Source of the DNA: Baekduia sp.
GTDB lineage: Bacteria > Actinomycetota > Thermoleophilia > Solirubrobacterales > Solirubrobacteraceae
Direction of reading: 5' to 3'
NCBI GenBank assembly: GCA_035628295.1
Contig: DASPKC010000183.1
Coordinates: 1 to 55,902 of the forward strand
Length of the DNA: 55,902 nt
Every line of letters starts with the position of its first letter. The stretch's first letter is position 1. Position numbers and translations under genes: made by a program. This document shows positions 9,860-19,017 of the stretch, piece after piece. The notes under the pieces are model-generated. The model did not search any database, was not told the origin of the DNA, and worked only from the letters and a program-made list of their open reading frames with translations.

Positions 9860-11116
9860 ATGGCTTCTGCGCGGCAGATCTCGGTCGGCGGCGTCCCCGT
9901 GGGGGGCGGCGCGCCCGTCGCCGTCCAGACGATGACCAAGACCGAGACGGCGAACCTCGAGGCGACGCTGCGTCAGATCCGCACCGTTGCGGACGCCGGC
10001 GCGGACATCGTCCGTGTGGCGGTGCCCCGCGACAAGGACGTCGAGGCCCTCAAGGAGATCGTCCGCCAGTCGCCGATCCCCGTGATCGCCGACATCCACT
10101 TCAATCACACGCTCGCGCTGAAGGCCATCGACGCCGGCGCGCACTGCGTGCGGATCAACCCCGGCAACATCGGCGGCCCGGAGAAGACCGGGATCGTCGT
10201 CGAGCACGCCCGGAAGGCCGGCGTCCCGATCCGCGTGGGCGTCAACTCCGGATCGCTGCCCGACCACCTGCGCGACCTCGAGTTCTCCGATCCGGTGGAG
10301 GCGCTCGTGACCGCCGCCACCGAGGTCGTCGACCTCATGGAGCGCCTGGACTTCCACGACTTCAAGGTCTCCATGAAGTCGACGTCGGTGCCGAACACCA
10401 TCGCCTCCAACCGCCGGCTGGCGCAGCGCATCCCGTACCCGCTGCACCTCGGCGTGACCGAGGCGGGGACGAAGTGGTCGGGCTCGCTGAAGAGCGCCGT
10501 CGGCCTCGGCACCCTGCTGGCCGACGGCATCGGCGACACCATCCGCATCTCCCTCTCGACGTTCCACGCCGAGGAGGAGGTCAAGGTCGCCTGGGAGATC
10601 CTCAAGGCGCTCAAGCTGCGCGAGCGCGGCCCGGTGCTGATCGCCTGCCCGACCTGCGGCCGGCTGCAGTTCGACATGGACACGGTCGTGGCCGAGGTCG
10701 AGCGGCGCCTGGAGCACTACAGCGACCCGATCGAGGTCTCGGTGCTCGGCTGTGCGGTCAACGGCATCGGCGAGGCCCGGCACGCCGACTTCGGCATCAC
10801 CGGCGCGAAGGACGCCGGGATGATCTTCTCCAAGGGCGAGCCGCTCAAGAAGGTCCCGACCGAGCAGCTCGTCGACGAGCTCTTCGCCGAGATCGACAAG
10901 TGGTACGCCGCCGGCAAGACGGTCGTGCGCGACGAGGGCGCCGCCGCCGAGGCCGCCGCGTGGCTGGCCGAGGAGGAGGACGCGACCGCCATGACGCCCG
11001 AGCGCCTGGCCGCCATGGAGCGCGAGGCGGCCGAGGAGCAGGCCGCGGCCGAGCGCGCCGAGGCGCAGGCGCGCGAGGCGGCCTCGCCGGTGGCGGGGCG
11101 GCGCTTCACGCGGTAG
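9860..11116 (+). CDS. ispG: (E)-4-hydroxy-3-methylbut-2-enyl-diphosphate synthase
   Basis: VQTMTKT, ADIHF, RINPGN, GVNSGSL, PLHLGVTEAG, CPTCGR and GCAVNG Fe-S ligands. Confidence 0.97.
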   Translation: MASARQISVGGVPVGGGAPVAVQTMTKTETANLEATLRQIRTVADAGADIVRVAVPRDKDVEALKEIVRQSPIPVIADIHFNHTLALKAIDAGAHCVRINPGNIGGPEKTGIVVEHARKAGVPIRVGVNSGSLPDHLRDLEFSDPVEALVTAATEVVDLMERLDFHDFKVSMKSTSVPNTIASNRRLAQRIPYPLHLGVTEAGTKWSGSLKSAVGLGTLLADGIGDTIRISLSTFHAEEEVKVAWEILKALKLRERGPVLIACPTCGRLQFDMDTVVAEVERRLEHYSDPIEVSVLGCAVNGIGEARHADFGITGAKDAGMIFSKGEPLKKVPTEQLVDELFAEIDKWYAAGKTVVRDEGAAAEAAAWLAEEEDATAMTPERLAAMEREAAEEQAAAERAEAQAREAASPVAGRRFTR

Positions 11117-11185
11117 CGGGCGCGGGCGAGGTGGCGCTCCGCGCCGGCCGTGGCGGGGCGCAGGGTGTCCGCTGACAGCTCGGCG

Positions 11186-11626
11186 ACGAGACAGGAGGGT
11201 GGTCCGCGCCTCGGCGGGGCCGGTCGCTCCGGGAGGCGGTGGGCACCCGGGCGGGCGAGTGCTGCGGTGAGATGCGAGTTGATCCCGCTGAGCGGGATCA
11301 ATTCGTATGTCGATGCGCAGGGGTTCGCCTTCGCGCCGCGCCCCGGGTGCACGGCAGGCGGTGGTCGAGCGGCCGTCTGGCGGCCGACCCGCTGCGCAGA
11401 TGCCGCCACCCACCGGCCGGCCGCCGCTCTCCCTCGTCGCCGAGCCGTCGACGCACGCGCCGGAGCGCCACGGCCGGCGGACGGCGCGCCACGGCCGAGG
11501 CACGAGCGTGGTCCGCATCGCGGCGCGCCGGGGCGCCTCGGAGGGGTGTGGGCGACCTGGCGGGCGGCTGTTGCGGTGAGGTGCGAGGTGATCCCGCTGA
11601 GCGGGATCAACTCGCACCTCGGTGCG
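11186..11626. repeat. Two degenerate ~130-bp direct repeats, each ending in a REP-like palindrome (TGATCCCGC-TGA-GCGGGATCA core)
   Basis: Hairpins at ~11273-11307 and ~11578-11620. Upstream flanks align (GTGGTCCGC...GGGCG...TGCGGTGAG.TGCGAG). Located between convergent genes. Confidence 0.8.
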
Positions 11627-11675
11627 GGTGCACCGGAGGCGGCGGCCCCGGGGGGCCGCCGCCGCGCAGCGCGGG

Positions 11676-13307
11676 CTACTGGACGTCGAACTCCTGCGAC
11701 GTGTAGTGGAACGGCGCCTGCGGGATGCTCAGGCGCATGCGGACCTTGCCGGGGCCGGGGACGGTGAACGCGGGGATGTAGAAGTACCCCTCGAACACCT
11801 GGATGGGCGACTGGGCCGGGTCCAGCTGGATCGGCTGGTTCGTCTTGGTCGAGCCGATCGGCTGCCAGTCGGTGGAGCCGTCGGCCGGCTTCCAGTCCAC
11901 CGCCACGTCGTCGGCCACGCCCTCCTGCCGGAAGCGCAGGCCGCCCCACGCGGTCAGGTGCGGCCGCCCGTTGGACGGCTCCGTGGTCCCGGTCGGGAAG
12001 ACCAGGAACGGGAACGCGTACTGCGTCGCGGCCGGCTTCGCCACGCCGCGGTTGGTGTACAGGCCGGACTGGTAGGTGAACCAGTACGACTTCGAGCCCC
12101 GGCGGTACTGCCGGCGCGGCGGGACGTCGTAGAGCAGGAACTGCGTCTGGCCGACCACGCGCGGGTGCAGGAAGGCCTGCAGCTCGCCGAGGGCGTTCCA
12201 GTTGGCCTGCAGCTTGGGGTCGATGCCCGAGAACGGGTCCGGCGGGTTGGTCTCGAAGCCGAACTCGGCCGAGAGGATGTCGACGCCCGAGCGGATGCGC
12301 GCGGTGTTGGCGGCGATCCCGTCCAGAAGCGTCGCAAGGTCGCCGATGTTGGCCATCGTGATCGAGTCCGGGTTGGCGTCCCGGGCCTGCGGCGACTTGT
12401 TCTTGGTGTACGGGTGGTGCGCCCACCAGGTCGCGTTGAGCTTGCCCTTCTTGTCCCAGAAGGAGCACTTGCGCGCGGCGGCCTCGGCGCCCTGCAGCGG
12501 CTGCAGGTTGCCGTCGACGCAGAACATCTCGCGCAGGAACTGGGCGGGACGCATCGGCGCGCGCGAGCTCGGGTTGCTCGAGCCCAGCGGCGCGGTCTCG
12601 CCCATCATGATCACGTCACCGGCGTGGCCCGTGGACACGAGGGCGCGGTAGCCGTGGTCGTAGAGCTCGCGGTACAGGTGCGGCGAGTACGGCCGGCCAT
12701 TGACGAACTGCGGGGTCAACCAGCCGCCCTGGTTGGGCTCGTTCCACAGCGACCAGACGCCGACCTTCGGCAGGATGACGCGCTCGTCGTTCTCGTCGCG
12801 GTAGCGGCCGCTGAAGCGCTTGCCGACCGCCTGGACGAACTTGTAGAACTCCTTGGGCTTCGGCTTCCAGGTCTTCTTGTTGCGCGCCTGGGACCGGGGG
12901 GCCTTCGCATGGCCCCACTCCGGACCCGGGCCGGTCACGTTGAAATAGATGCCGATGCCCAGGCGGCGCGCCGCGCGCACGAGGCGGTCGTAGCGGTCCC
13001 AGTTCAGCCGCGGGTAGGCCTTCGGGTTGTCGGCCTTGAGCTTGCGGAAGCGCTTGTCGAGCGCCTTCGTCTTGCGCGCGCCGTCGGCGACGACGCTCCA
13101 GAGGACGGTGACGCGGACCTGGTCGACGCCGAGGTCCTTCATCCGGCGCAGGGCACGATCGCGCGTGTCGTCGTCGCGGTAGACGAGCTGGTCGTCGTCC
13201 ATCATCACCGAGAAGAGGTTCGGCTTCGCCTCGGCGGCGGCGACGGGGAGGGCGAGCGTCGCGACGAGACCGCTCAGTGCGGCGCGACGGAGAAGAGGTC
13301 GGATCAT
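11676..13307 (-). CDS. Secreted GH-A-clan-like glycoside hydrolase (uncharacterised family)
   Basis: Signal peptide; WSLWNEPN putative acid/base, WAHHPY, LSAEFG putative nucleophile. Confidence 0.75.
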   Translation of the reverse strand: MIRPLLRRAALSGLVATLALPVAAAEAKPNLFSVMMDDDQLVYRDDDTRDRALRRMKDLGVDQVRVTVLWSVVADGARKTKALDKRFRKLKADNPKAYPRLNWDRYDRLVRAARRLGIGIYFNVTGPGPEWGHAKAPRSQARNKKTWKPKPKEFYKFVQAVGKRFSGRYRDENDERVILPKVGVWSLWNEPNQGGWLTPQFVNGRPYSPHLYRELYDHGYRALVSTGHAGDVIMMGETAPLGSSNPSSRAPMRPAQFLREMFCVDGNLQPLQGAEAAARKCSFWDKKGKLNATWWAHHPYTKNKSPQARDANPDSITMANIGDLATLLDGIAANTARIRSGVDILSAEFGFETNPPDPFSGIDPKLQANWNALGELQAFLHPRVVGQTQFLLYDVPPRRQYRRGSKSYWFTYQSGLYTNRGVAKPAATQYAFPFLVFPTGTTEPSNGRPHLTAWGGLRFRQEGVADDVAVDWKPADGSTDWQPIGSTKTNQPIQLDPAQSPIQVFEGYFYIPAFTVPGPGKVRMRLSIPQAPFHYTSQEFDVQ

Positions 13308-13476
13308 CAGGCTCCTGCCAGCGGGATGGTCGGAACGGCGTCACGGGGCGGCCACGACACGGCCACCCCGTGAGAGAACCCAACGGTACCGGGGAAGTTC
13401 CGGCAGGCCGCTGGTTCCCCTCGGGCCAGGCGTCGGCACCGGACCCAAGGGGCTGAAGCGGGCGCTGTCGTCCTGG

Positions 13477-14082
13477 CTACTTGGCTGCCGCGTACCGCTC
13501 GGCGACCTTGCCCCAGTTCACGACGTTCCACCACGCCTTGAGGTACTCGGGACGGCGGTTCTGGTACTTGAGGTAGTAGGCGTGCTCCCAGACGTCGTTG
13601 CCCAGCAGCGGCGTCTGGCCCTCGAGGATCGGGCTGTCCTGGTTGGCCGTCCTGGTCAGCTTGAGCTCGCCGCCGTCGAGGACGAGCCACGTCCAGCCGG
13701 AGCCGAACTGGGCCACGCCGTTGGCCTCGAACTGCTCCTTGAAGGCGTCGAACGAGCCGAAGGCCGCGTTGATGGCGTCGGCCAGCTCGCCGGTCGGCTC
13801 GCCGCCGCCGTCCGGGCTCATGTTCTCCCAGAACAGCGCGTGGTTGGCGTGGCCGCCGCCGTTGTTGCGGAACGGGCCCTGCTTGTCGGCGGGCAGGGAC
13901 GACAGGTTCGCGAGGACCTCCTCGACCGGCTTGCCGTCGAACTCCGTGCCCTCGAGCGCGGCGTTGGCCTTGTCAACGTACGCCTGGTGGTGCTTGTCGT
14001 GGTGCAGCCGCATCGTCTGCTCGTCGATGTGCGGCTCGAGGGCGTTGTAGTCGTACGGCAGGGCGGGGACCTCGTAGGCCAT
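13477..14082 (-). CDS. sodA: Mn/Fe superoxide dismutase
   Basis: [41 protein letters not shown]. Confidence 0.97.
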   Translation of the reverse strand: MAYEVPALPYDYNALEPHIDEQTMRLHHDKHHQAYVDKANAALEGTEFDGKPVEEVLANLSSLPADKQGPFRNNGGGHANHALFWENMSPDGGGEPTGELADAINAAFGSFDAFKEQFEANGVAQFGSGWTWLVLDGGELKLTRTANQDSPILEGQTPLLGNDVWEHAYYLKYQNRRPEYLKAWWNVVNWGKVAERYAAAK

Positions 14083-14160
14083 GCGCTCTCTCCTGTCTCG
14101 GGGGGTGTGGATCACGGCGATCCTAAGGCCCGGGGGGCGCCTGGGTAGGGTCTGGCCCGC

Positions 14161-15816
14161 ATGCGCCTCTCGACCCTGCTGCTGCCCACGGAACGCCAGC
14201 CCCCGGCCGACGCGGAGGCGCTCTCGCACAAGCTCATGGTCCGTGCGGGGCTCGTGCGCCAGCTGGGGTCGGGCCTGTGGACCTGGATGCCGGCGGGCTG
14301 GCGCGTGCACCAGCGCGTCGTGCAGATCGTGCGCGAGGAGCTCGACGCCATCGGCGCGCAGGAGATGCTGATGCCGGTCCTCAACCCCGCGGAGATCTGG
14401 AAGCGCAGCGGCCGCTGGGAGTCGGTGGGCGCCGAGCTCTTCCGCCTGCAGGACCGCCGCGGCGCCGACATGGCCCTGGCCATGACCCACGAGGAGGCGG
14501 TGACGACGCACGTCGCCCAGGTCGTGCGCTCCTACCGCGAGCTGCCCAAGCTGCTGTACCACTTCCAGGTCAAGGAGCGCGACGAGCCGCGCCCGCGCGC
14601 GGGGGTGCTGCGCACGCGCGAATTCATCATGAAGGACTCGTACTCCTTCGACCGCGACGACGACGGCCTGCAGGCCTCCTACCAGCTGCACCGCGAGGCC
14701 TACGCGCGCATCTACGACCGCTGCGGCCTGGAGTGGTTCGAGTGCGCCTCGGACGTCGGGATGATGGGCGGCACCGCCGCGCACGAGTACATGGCGCCCT
14801 GCGCCGCCGGCGAGGACGAGGTCGTGGTGGCGCCCGGCTACTCCGCCAACCTGGAGGTGGCGTCGGCCGACCCGCAGCCCGTGCCCGAGCTGGCGCTGCG
14901 CGGGGACCTCGAGACGCCGGGCCTCACCACGATCGAGGCGGTGGCGCGCCACCTCGGCGTGCCGGAGGGCAACCTCCTCAAGGCCTTCCCCGTCGTGACC
15001 GACGGCGGCCGCACGGTGCTCGTCCTGCTGCGCGGCGACCACCGCGTCAACGAGACGAAGCTGCGCAACCACCTCAAGGAGGGCTTCCGCCCGGCGGCCG
15101 ACGACGAGCTGCACGGACCCGCCGGCTTCCTGGGGCCGGCGCCCGGCGCCGAGCTGCTGGTCGACGAGGCGGTCGGCGGCGGCCCGTGGGTCACCGGCGC
15201 CAACCGGCCCGACCTCCACACGGTGGTCGAGCGCCTCGACGGCCCGCGCGCCGACCTCCGCGCGGTGCAGGAGGGCGACACGGCCGGCGGCGCGCCGGTG
15301 CGGATCGTGCCGGCGATCGAGATCGGCAACATCTTCCAGCTGGGCACCCGGTACTCCGAGCCGCTCGGCGCGACCTACCTGGACGAGTCGGGCACGGCGC
15401 GGCCGATCGTCATGGGCTCCTACGGCATCGGCCCCGCCCGCATCGCCGCCGCGGCGGTGGAGCAGCACGCCGACGACCGCGGCATCGCCTGGCCGAAGGC
15501 CATCGCGCCGTGGGACGTCGAGGTCGTGGCCCTCGGCAAGCCGGGCACCCCGGAGCGCGCGACCGCCGAGGCGGTCTACGACGAGCTGCGCACCGGCGGC
15601 CTGGACGTGTGCCTGGACGACCGCGACGCCGGCCCGGGGGAGAAGTTCGCCGACGCCGAGCTGCTGGGCTGCCCGCTGCGGCTGACGATCGGCAAGCGCT
15701 CGGCGGAGTCCGGGCTGGCCGAGGCGGTCGGGCGCCGCGGCATGCAGGAGCTGGACGGCGTGCCGCTCGACGCGGCGCTCGAGGCGGTGCGGGAGCGGTG
15801 GCGCAACCTCCCGTAG
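14161..15816 (+). CDS. proS: Proline--tRNA ligase
   Basis: [54 protein letters not shown], anticodon-binding C-terminus. Confidence 0.97.
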   Translation: MRLSTLLLPTERQPPADAEALSHKLMVRAGLVRQLGSGLWTWMPAGWRVHQRVVQIVREELDAIGAQEMLMPVLNPAEIWKRSGRWESVGAELFRLQDRRGADMALAMTHEEAVTTHVAQVVRSYRELPKLLYHFQVKERDEPRPRAGVLRTREFIMKDSYSFDRDDDGLQASYQLHREAYARIYDRCGLEWFECASDVGMMGGTAAHEYMAPCAAGEDEVVVAPGYSANLEVASADPQPVPELALRGDLETPGLTTIEAVARHLGVPEGNLLKAFPVVTDGGRTVLVLLRGDHRVNETKLRNHLKEGFRPAADDELHGPAGFLGPAPGAELLVDEAVGGGPWVTGANRPDLHTVVERLDGPRADLRAVQEGDTAGGAPVRIVPAIEIGNIFQLGTRYSEPLGATYLDESGTARPIVMGSYGIGPARIAAAAVEQHADDRGIAWPKAIAPWDVEVVALGKPGTPERATAEAVYDELRTGGLDVCLDDRDAGPGEKFADAELLGCPLRLTIGKRSAESGLAEAVGRRGMQELDGVPLDAALEAVRERWRNLP

Positions 15817-16490
15817 AGCGCGCCCGCGACGCGATCCAGGAGGCGTGGGAGAACCCGCGCCTGACGTTCCGGCGCCTGAGCGGGCTGGACCGGTCCGGCC
15901 CGCCTCCGCCCCAGACGCTCGCCGGCGCCCCGCTGAACCCGTGGACGATCCCGAACGCCATCGGCATCGTCCGCCTGGCGCTCATCCCCGTCTTCATGGC
16001 CCTCGCGCTGGGCTCCGAGGACGGCACGGACACCGCCGCGGTGATCATCTTCGCCGTGGTCGCCTGGAGCGACTACGCCGACGGCATCGCCGCCCGGGTC
16101 ACCGGCCAGTACAGCCGCTTCGGCGCGCTGCTGGACCCGGTGGTCGACCGCCTGCTCGTGGCCGGCGGGGTGGTCGTGGTCTGGAAGTTCGACCTCCTGC
16201 CGCGCTGGGCGCTGGCCGTTCTGCTGGCCCGCGAGCTGTTCCTGCTGCTCGCCGGCCGCGCGGCGCTGCGCCGCGGCGTGGAGCTCAAGGTCAACTGGTG
16301 GGGCCGCCTGGCCGTCTGGCCGACGATGTCCGCCCTGTTCTTCGCGCTGGCCGGCGGCGTCGAGACGCTCGCGGAGGTCCTGCTCTACGTCGGCGTGGGG
16401 ATGTCGCTCGTGGCCGCGTGGCTCTACGTCGCCGAGGCGCGGCGGCAGGTGCGGTCCGCACGTGGTGTTGCACCCTCAAGTGGAGCTTGA
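15798..16490 (+). CDS. CDP-alcohol phosphatidyltransferase (PgsA-like)
   Basis: WTIPNA..IVRL and D-YADG-IAAR...G-LLDPVVDR motif; start position uncertain. Confidence 0.88.
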   Translation: MAQPPVERARDAIQEAWENPRLTFRRLSGLDRSGPPPPQTLAGAPLNPWTIPNAIGIVRLALIPVFMALALGSEDGTDTAAVIIFAVVAWSDYADGIAARVTGQYSRFGALLDPVVDRLLVAGGVVVVWKFDLLPRWALAVLLARELFLLLAGRAALRRGVELKVNWWGRLAVWPTMSALFFALAGGVETLAEVLLYVGVGMSLVAAWLYVAEARRQVRSARGVAPSSGA

Positions 16491-16494
16491 GGGG
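16472..16494. promoter_or_regulatory. Inverted repeat CCCTCAAG-N5-CTTGAGGG, candidate FtsR/MerR-type operator
   Basis: Perfect 8-bp arms upstream of -10 TACGCT (16511-16516). Resembles my recollection of the actinobacterial FtsR motif, and the operon encodes an FtsR-like MerR protein. Confidence 0.6.
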
Positions 16495-16526
16495 CGCGTT
16501 CCGGGTGCGCTACGCTCGCCGCAGCC

Positions 16527-16799
16527 ATGGACACCTTCCCTGATCTCGGCGCGCTCTCGGACACGGAGCTGAAGGACCTCATCGCGCAGCTCACGGAGGA
16601 GGAGGTCGAGATCTCGTACCGCCGGCGCATCCTGCACGGCAAGATCGACATCCTCCGGGCGGAGCTCGTCAACCGGCTGCGCAAGCGCCACGAGGGCGGC
16701 GAGGAGGTCATCAGCGGAGCGGACGTCCAGGCCCTGACGGACATCCTGGCCGGCCGAGCGGTCGTCACCGAGCCCGACAGCGGCACCGAGTCCTCCTAG
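16527..16799 (+). CDS. rsiG: Single-motif RsiG-like anti-sigma factor (c-di-GMP-binding coiled coil)
   Basis: E26-X3-S30-X2-R33-X3-H37-X3-D41 matches the RsiG motif E(X)3S(X)2R(X)3Q(X)3D with Q replaced by H; 90 aa, one copy of the motif. Confidence 0.75.
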   Translation: MDTFPDLGALSDTELKDLIAQLTEEEVEISYRRRILHGKIDILRAELVNRLRKRHEGGEEVISGADVQALTDILAGRAVVTEPDSGTESS

Positions 16800-16812
16800 C
16801 TCCGGAGCCCAG

Positions 16813-17289
16813 GTGGCCCGCCACTGCCCGGAGTGCGGCTTCGTCAACGCCGAAGGCGCCAACTATTGCCAGAAGTGCGGCTCGTTCCTCGGGGCGCCGG
16901 ACGCGGCGTCCAGCGAGCCCAGCACGGCGACCTACCGCATCGACGAGACCGGCGAGCTCGTCCCGGTCGAGATCGAGGAGGTCGTCCAGCAGGGCGGCGG
17001 CGCCGCGCTCGTCGTCCGCGCGGGCGGTGGGCGCGTCGGCGAGTCGTTCCCGCTGGAGCGCGACCGCTCGACGATCGGCCGCCGACCGGACTCGGACGTC
17101 TTCCTCGACGACGTCACGGTTTCGCGCGACCACGCGCTGATCGTGCGCCGCGGGGGCGTCTACCACCTCGACGACCTGGGCTCGCTGAACGGGACGTACG
17201 TCAACCGCCAGCGGATCGACACCAAGCGCCTGGAGGACGGCGACGAGCTGCAGGTCGGCAAGTACAAGCTGACCTTCCTCTCGCGCTAG
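16813..17289 (+). CDS. Zinc-ribbon plus FHA-domain protein (GarA/OdhI-like)
   Basis: CPECG/CQKCG; IGRRPDSDVFLDDVTVSRDHA, GSLNGTYVN, GDELQVGKYKL. Confidence 0.9.
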   Translation: MARHCPECGFVNAEGANYCQKCGSFLGAPDAASSEPSTATYRIDETGELVPVEIEEVVQQGGGAALVVRAGGGRVGESFPLERDRSTIGRRPDSDVFLDDVTVSRDHALIVRRGGVYHLDDLGSLNGTYVNRQRIDTKRLEDGDELQVGKYKLTFLSR

Positions 17290-17300
17290 GACCGCCCGCA

Positions 17301-18032
17301 ATGGCCGTGCAGGAACCGCCCGCCACCCCCGTCCGCGACAAGGCCATGACGATCGGGGCCGTGTGCAAGGCCCTGGCGCAGGAGTTCCCGGACATCTCGA
17401 TCTCGAAGATCCGGTACCTCGAGGACCAGAAGCTGCTCACGCCCCGGCGCACGGCGGGCGGCTACCGCCTCTACACCAGCTCGGACGTGGCGCGGCTGCG
17501 CACCATCCTGCGCCTGCAGCGCGACGAGTTCCTGCCGCTGCGGGTGATCCGCCAGGAGCTCGCGTCCGGCCGCTCGGCCGGCGACGCGCCGCCCGCCCCG
17601 GCGGACGCCGCGCCGGAGCGGCGCGGCGGCCGCCGCCATTCGCTGACGCGCGGCGGGGCCCTGTTCTCGCTCGAGGACGTCCTGGAGGAGACGCGCGCCG
17701 AGCCGCGGCTCGTGGCCGAGCTCGAGGACTACGGCGTCATCCGCGGCGAGGTCCGCGCGGGCGTCAAGTACTTCGACGAGACCGAGCGCGAGATCATCCG
17801 CGCCGTGACCGAGCTCGCGCGCTACGGCGTCGGCGGGCGCAACCTGCGCGCGTTCCGCACGAGCGCCGACCGCGAGGCCGCGCTGCTGCAGCAGATCCTC
17901 GCGCCCGCCCTGCGCTCGCGCAACGCCGAGCGCCGCAAGGAGGCGGTCGAGGCGCTCGAGAACCTCGCGGCGGTGACCACCCACCTCAAGCACCTGCTGC
18001 TGATCCGCGACCTGCGGAAGATCGTCGGGTGA
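17301..18032 (+). CDS. MerR-family regulator, FtsR/Rv1828-like
   Basis: MTIGAV..L..EFPDISISKIRYLE...RTAGGYRLY...LPLRVIR; follows the FHA gene as in other actinobacteria. Confidence 0.88.
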   Translation: MAVQEPPATPVRDKAMTIGAVCKALAQEFPDISISKIRYLEDQKLLTPRRTAGGYRLYTSSDVARLRTILRLQRDEFLPLRVIRQELASGRSAGDAPPAPADAAPERRGGRRHSLTRGGALFSLEDVLEETRAEPRLVAELEDYGVIRGEVRAGVKYFDETEREIIRAVTELARYGVGGRNLRAFRTSADREAALLQQILAPALRSRNAERRKEAVEALENLAAVTTHLKHLLLIRDLRKIVG

Positions 18033-18574
18033 CCGAGGAGGCCGTGGCGGTCGCGCAGCTGCGCGACCGCATCCGCGACATCGCCGACTTCCCGCAGCCC
18101 GGGATCGTCTTTCGCGACATCACGCCGCTCATGGCCGACCCGCAGGCGCTGGACGCCGCGGTCCGCGGCCTGGCCGCCTGGGCGCGGCCGCTGGACATCG
18201 ACGTCGTCATTGCGGCCGAGGCGCGCGGGTTCCTGCTCGGCCCGGCGCTGGCGCGCGAGATCGGCGCGGGGTTCGTCCTCGCGCGCAAGCCGGGCAAGCT
18301 GCCCTACGAGACGGTCAGGGCCGAGTACCTGCTCGAGTACGGCACCGACTCACTCGAGCTGCACTCCGATGCCATCGCCGAGGGCTCGCGCGTGCTCGTG
18401 CACGACGACCTGCTTGCCACGGGCGGGACGGCCAGCGCGCTGTGCGAGCTCGTCGAGCAGCTGGGGGGCGGTGTGGTCGGCTGCCTGTTCCTGGTGGAGC
18501 TCTCGTTCCTGGGCGGCCGCGCCAAGCTGGCCGGGCGCAACGTGCACGCGCTGCTCGACTACGCCCACGAGTGA
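18029..18574 (+). CDS. apt: Adenine phosphoribosyltransferase
   Basis: DFPQPGIVFRDITP, EARGF, RKPGKLP, LEYG, DDLLATGGT. Confidence 0.96.
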   Translation: MTEEAVAVAQLRDRIRDIADFPQPGIVFRDITPLMADPQALDAAVRGLAAWARPLDIDVVIAAEARGFLLGPALAREIGAGFVLARKPGKLPYETVRAEYLLEYGTDSLELHSDAIAEGSRVLVHDDLLATGGTASALCELVEQLGGGVVGCLFLVELSFLGGRAKLAGRNVHALLDYAHE

Positions 18575-19017
18575 TGCCGGCGAGCAAGCGCCATCGCGTC
18601 CTCGCGGCGCCGGTCGAGGAGGTCTGGGCCACGGTGGGCGACCCGTACCACCTGCCGCGCTGGTGGCCGAAGGTCGCCCGCGTCGAGCAGGTCAGCGAGG
18701 GCGCCTTCACGGAGGTGCTGCGGACCGCGAAGGGCTCGACGGTCCGCGCCGACTTCAAGCTGCTCGAGCTGCGCGAACCCGAGCGCATCGCCTGGCGCCA
18801 GGTCACCGAGGGCACGCCCTTCGAGCGGCTGCTGCGCCACGCCGACACGACGATCGCCCTGCGCCCGGTCGACGGCGGCACGCGCGTGGACCTGCGCCTG
18901 GAGCAGAAGCTCCGCGGACTGTCGCGCTTCGGCGGGTTCATGGTGAGCGGCGCCGGGCGCCGGGTGCTCGACGAGGCGCTCGACGGGCTCGAGGCCCTGC
19001 ACGGCCGACGTGGCTGA
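18574..19017 (+). CDS. SRPBCC/START-fold protein
   Basis: APVEEVWATVGDP..LPRWWP pattern. Confidence 0.8.
   Translation: MPASKRHRVLAAPVEEVWATVGDPYHLPRWWPKVARVEQVSEGAFTEVLRTAKGSTVRADFKLLELREPERIAWRQVTEGTPFERLLRHADTTIALRPVDGGTRVDLRLEQKLRGLSRFGGFMVSGAGRRVLDEALDGLEALHGRRG

Noticed and set aside
11270-11626. CRISPR array
   Set aside because: Only two repeat copies about 310 bp apart and no cas genes.
16472-16494. HspR HAIR operator
   Set aside because: The arms are in the opposite order and have different spacing from CTTGAGT-N7-ACTCAAG, and no heat-shock gene follows.
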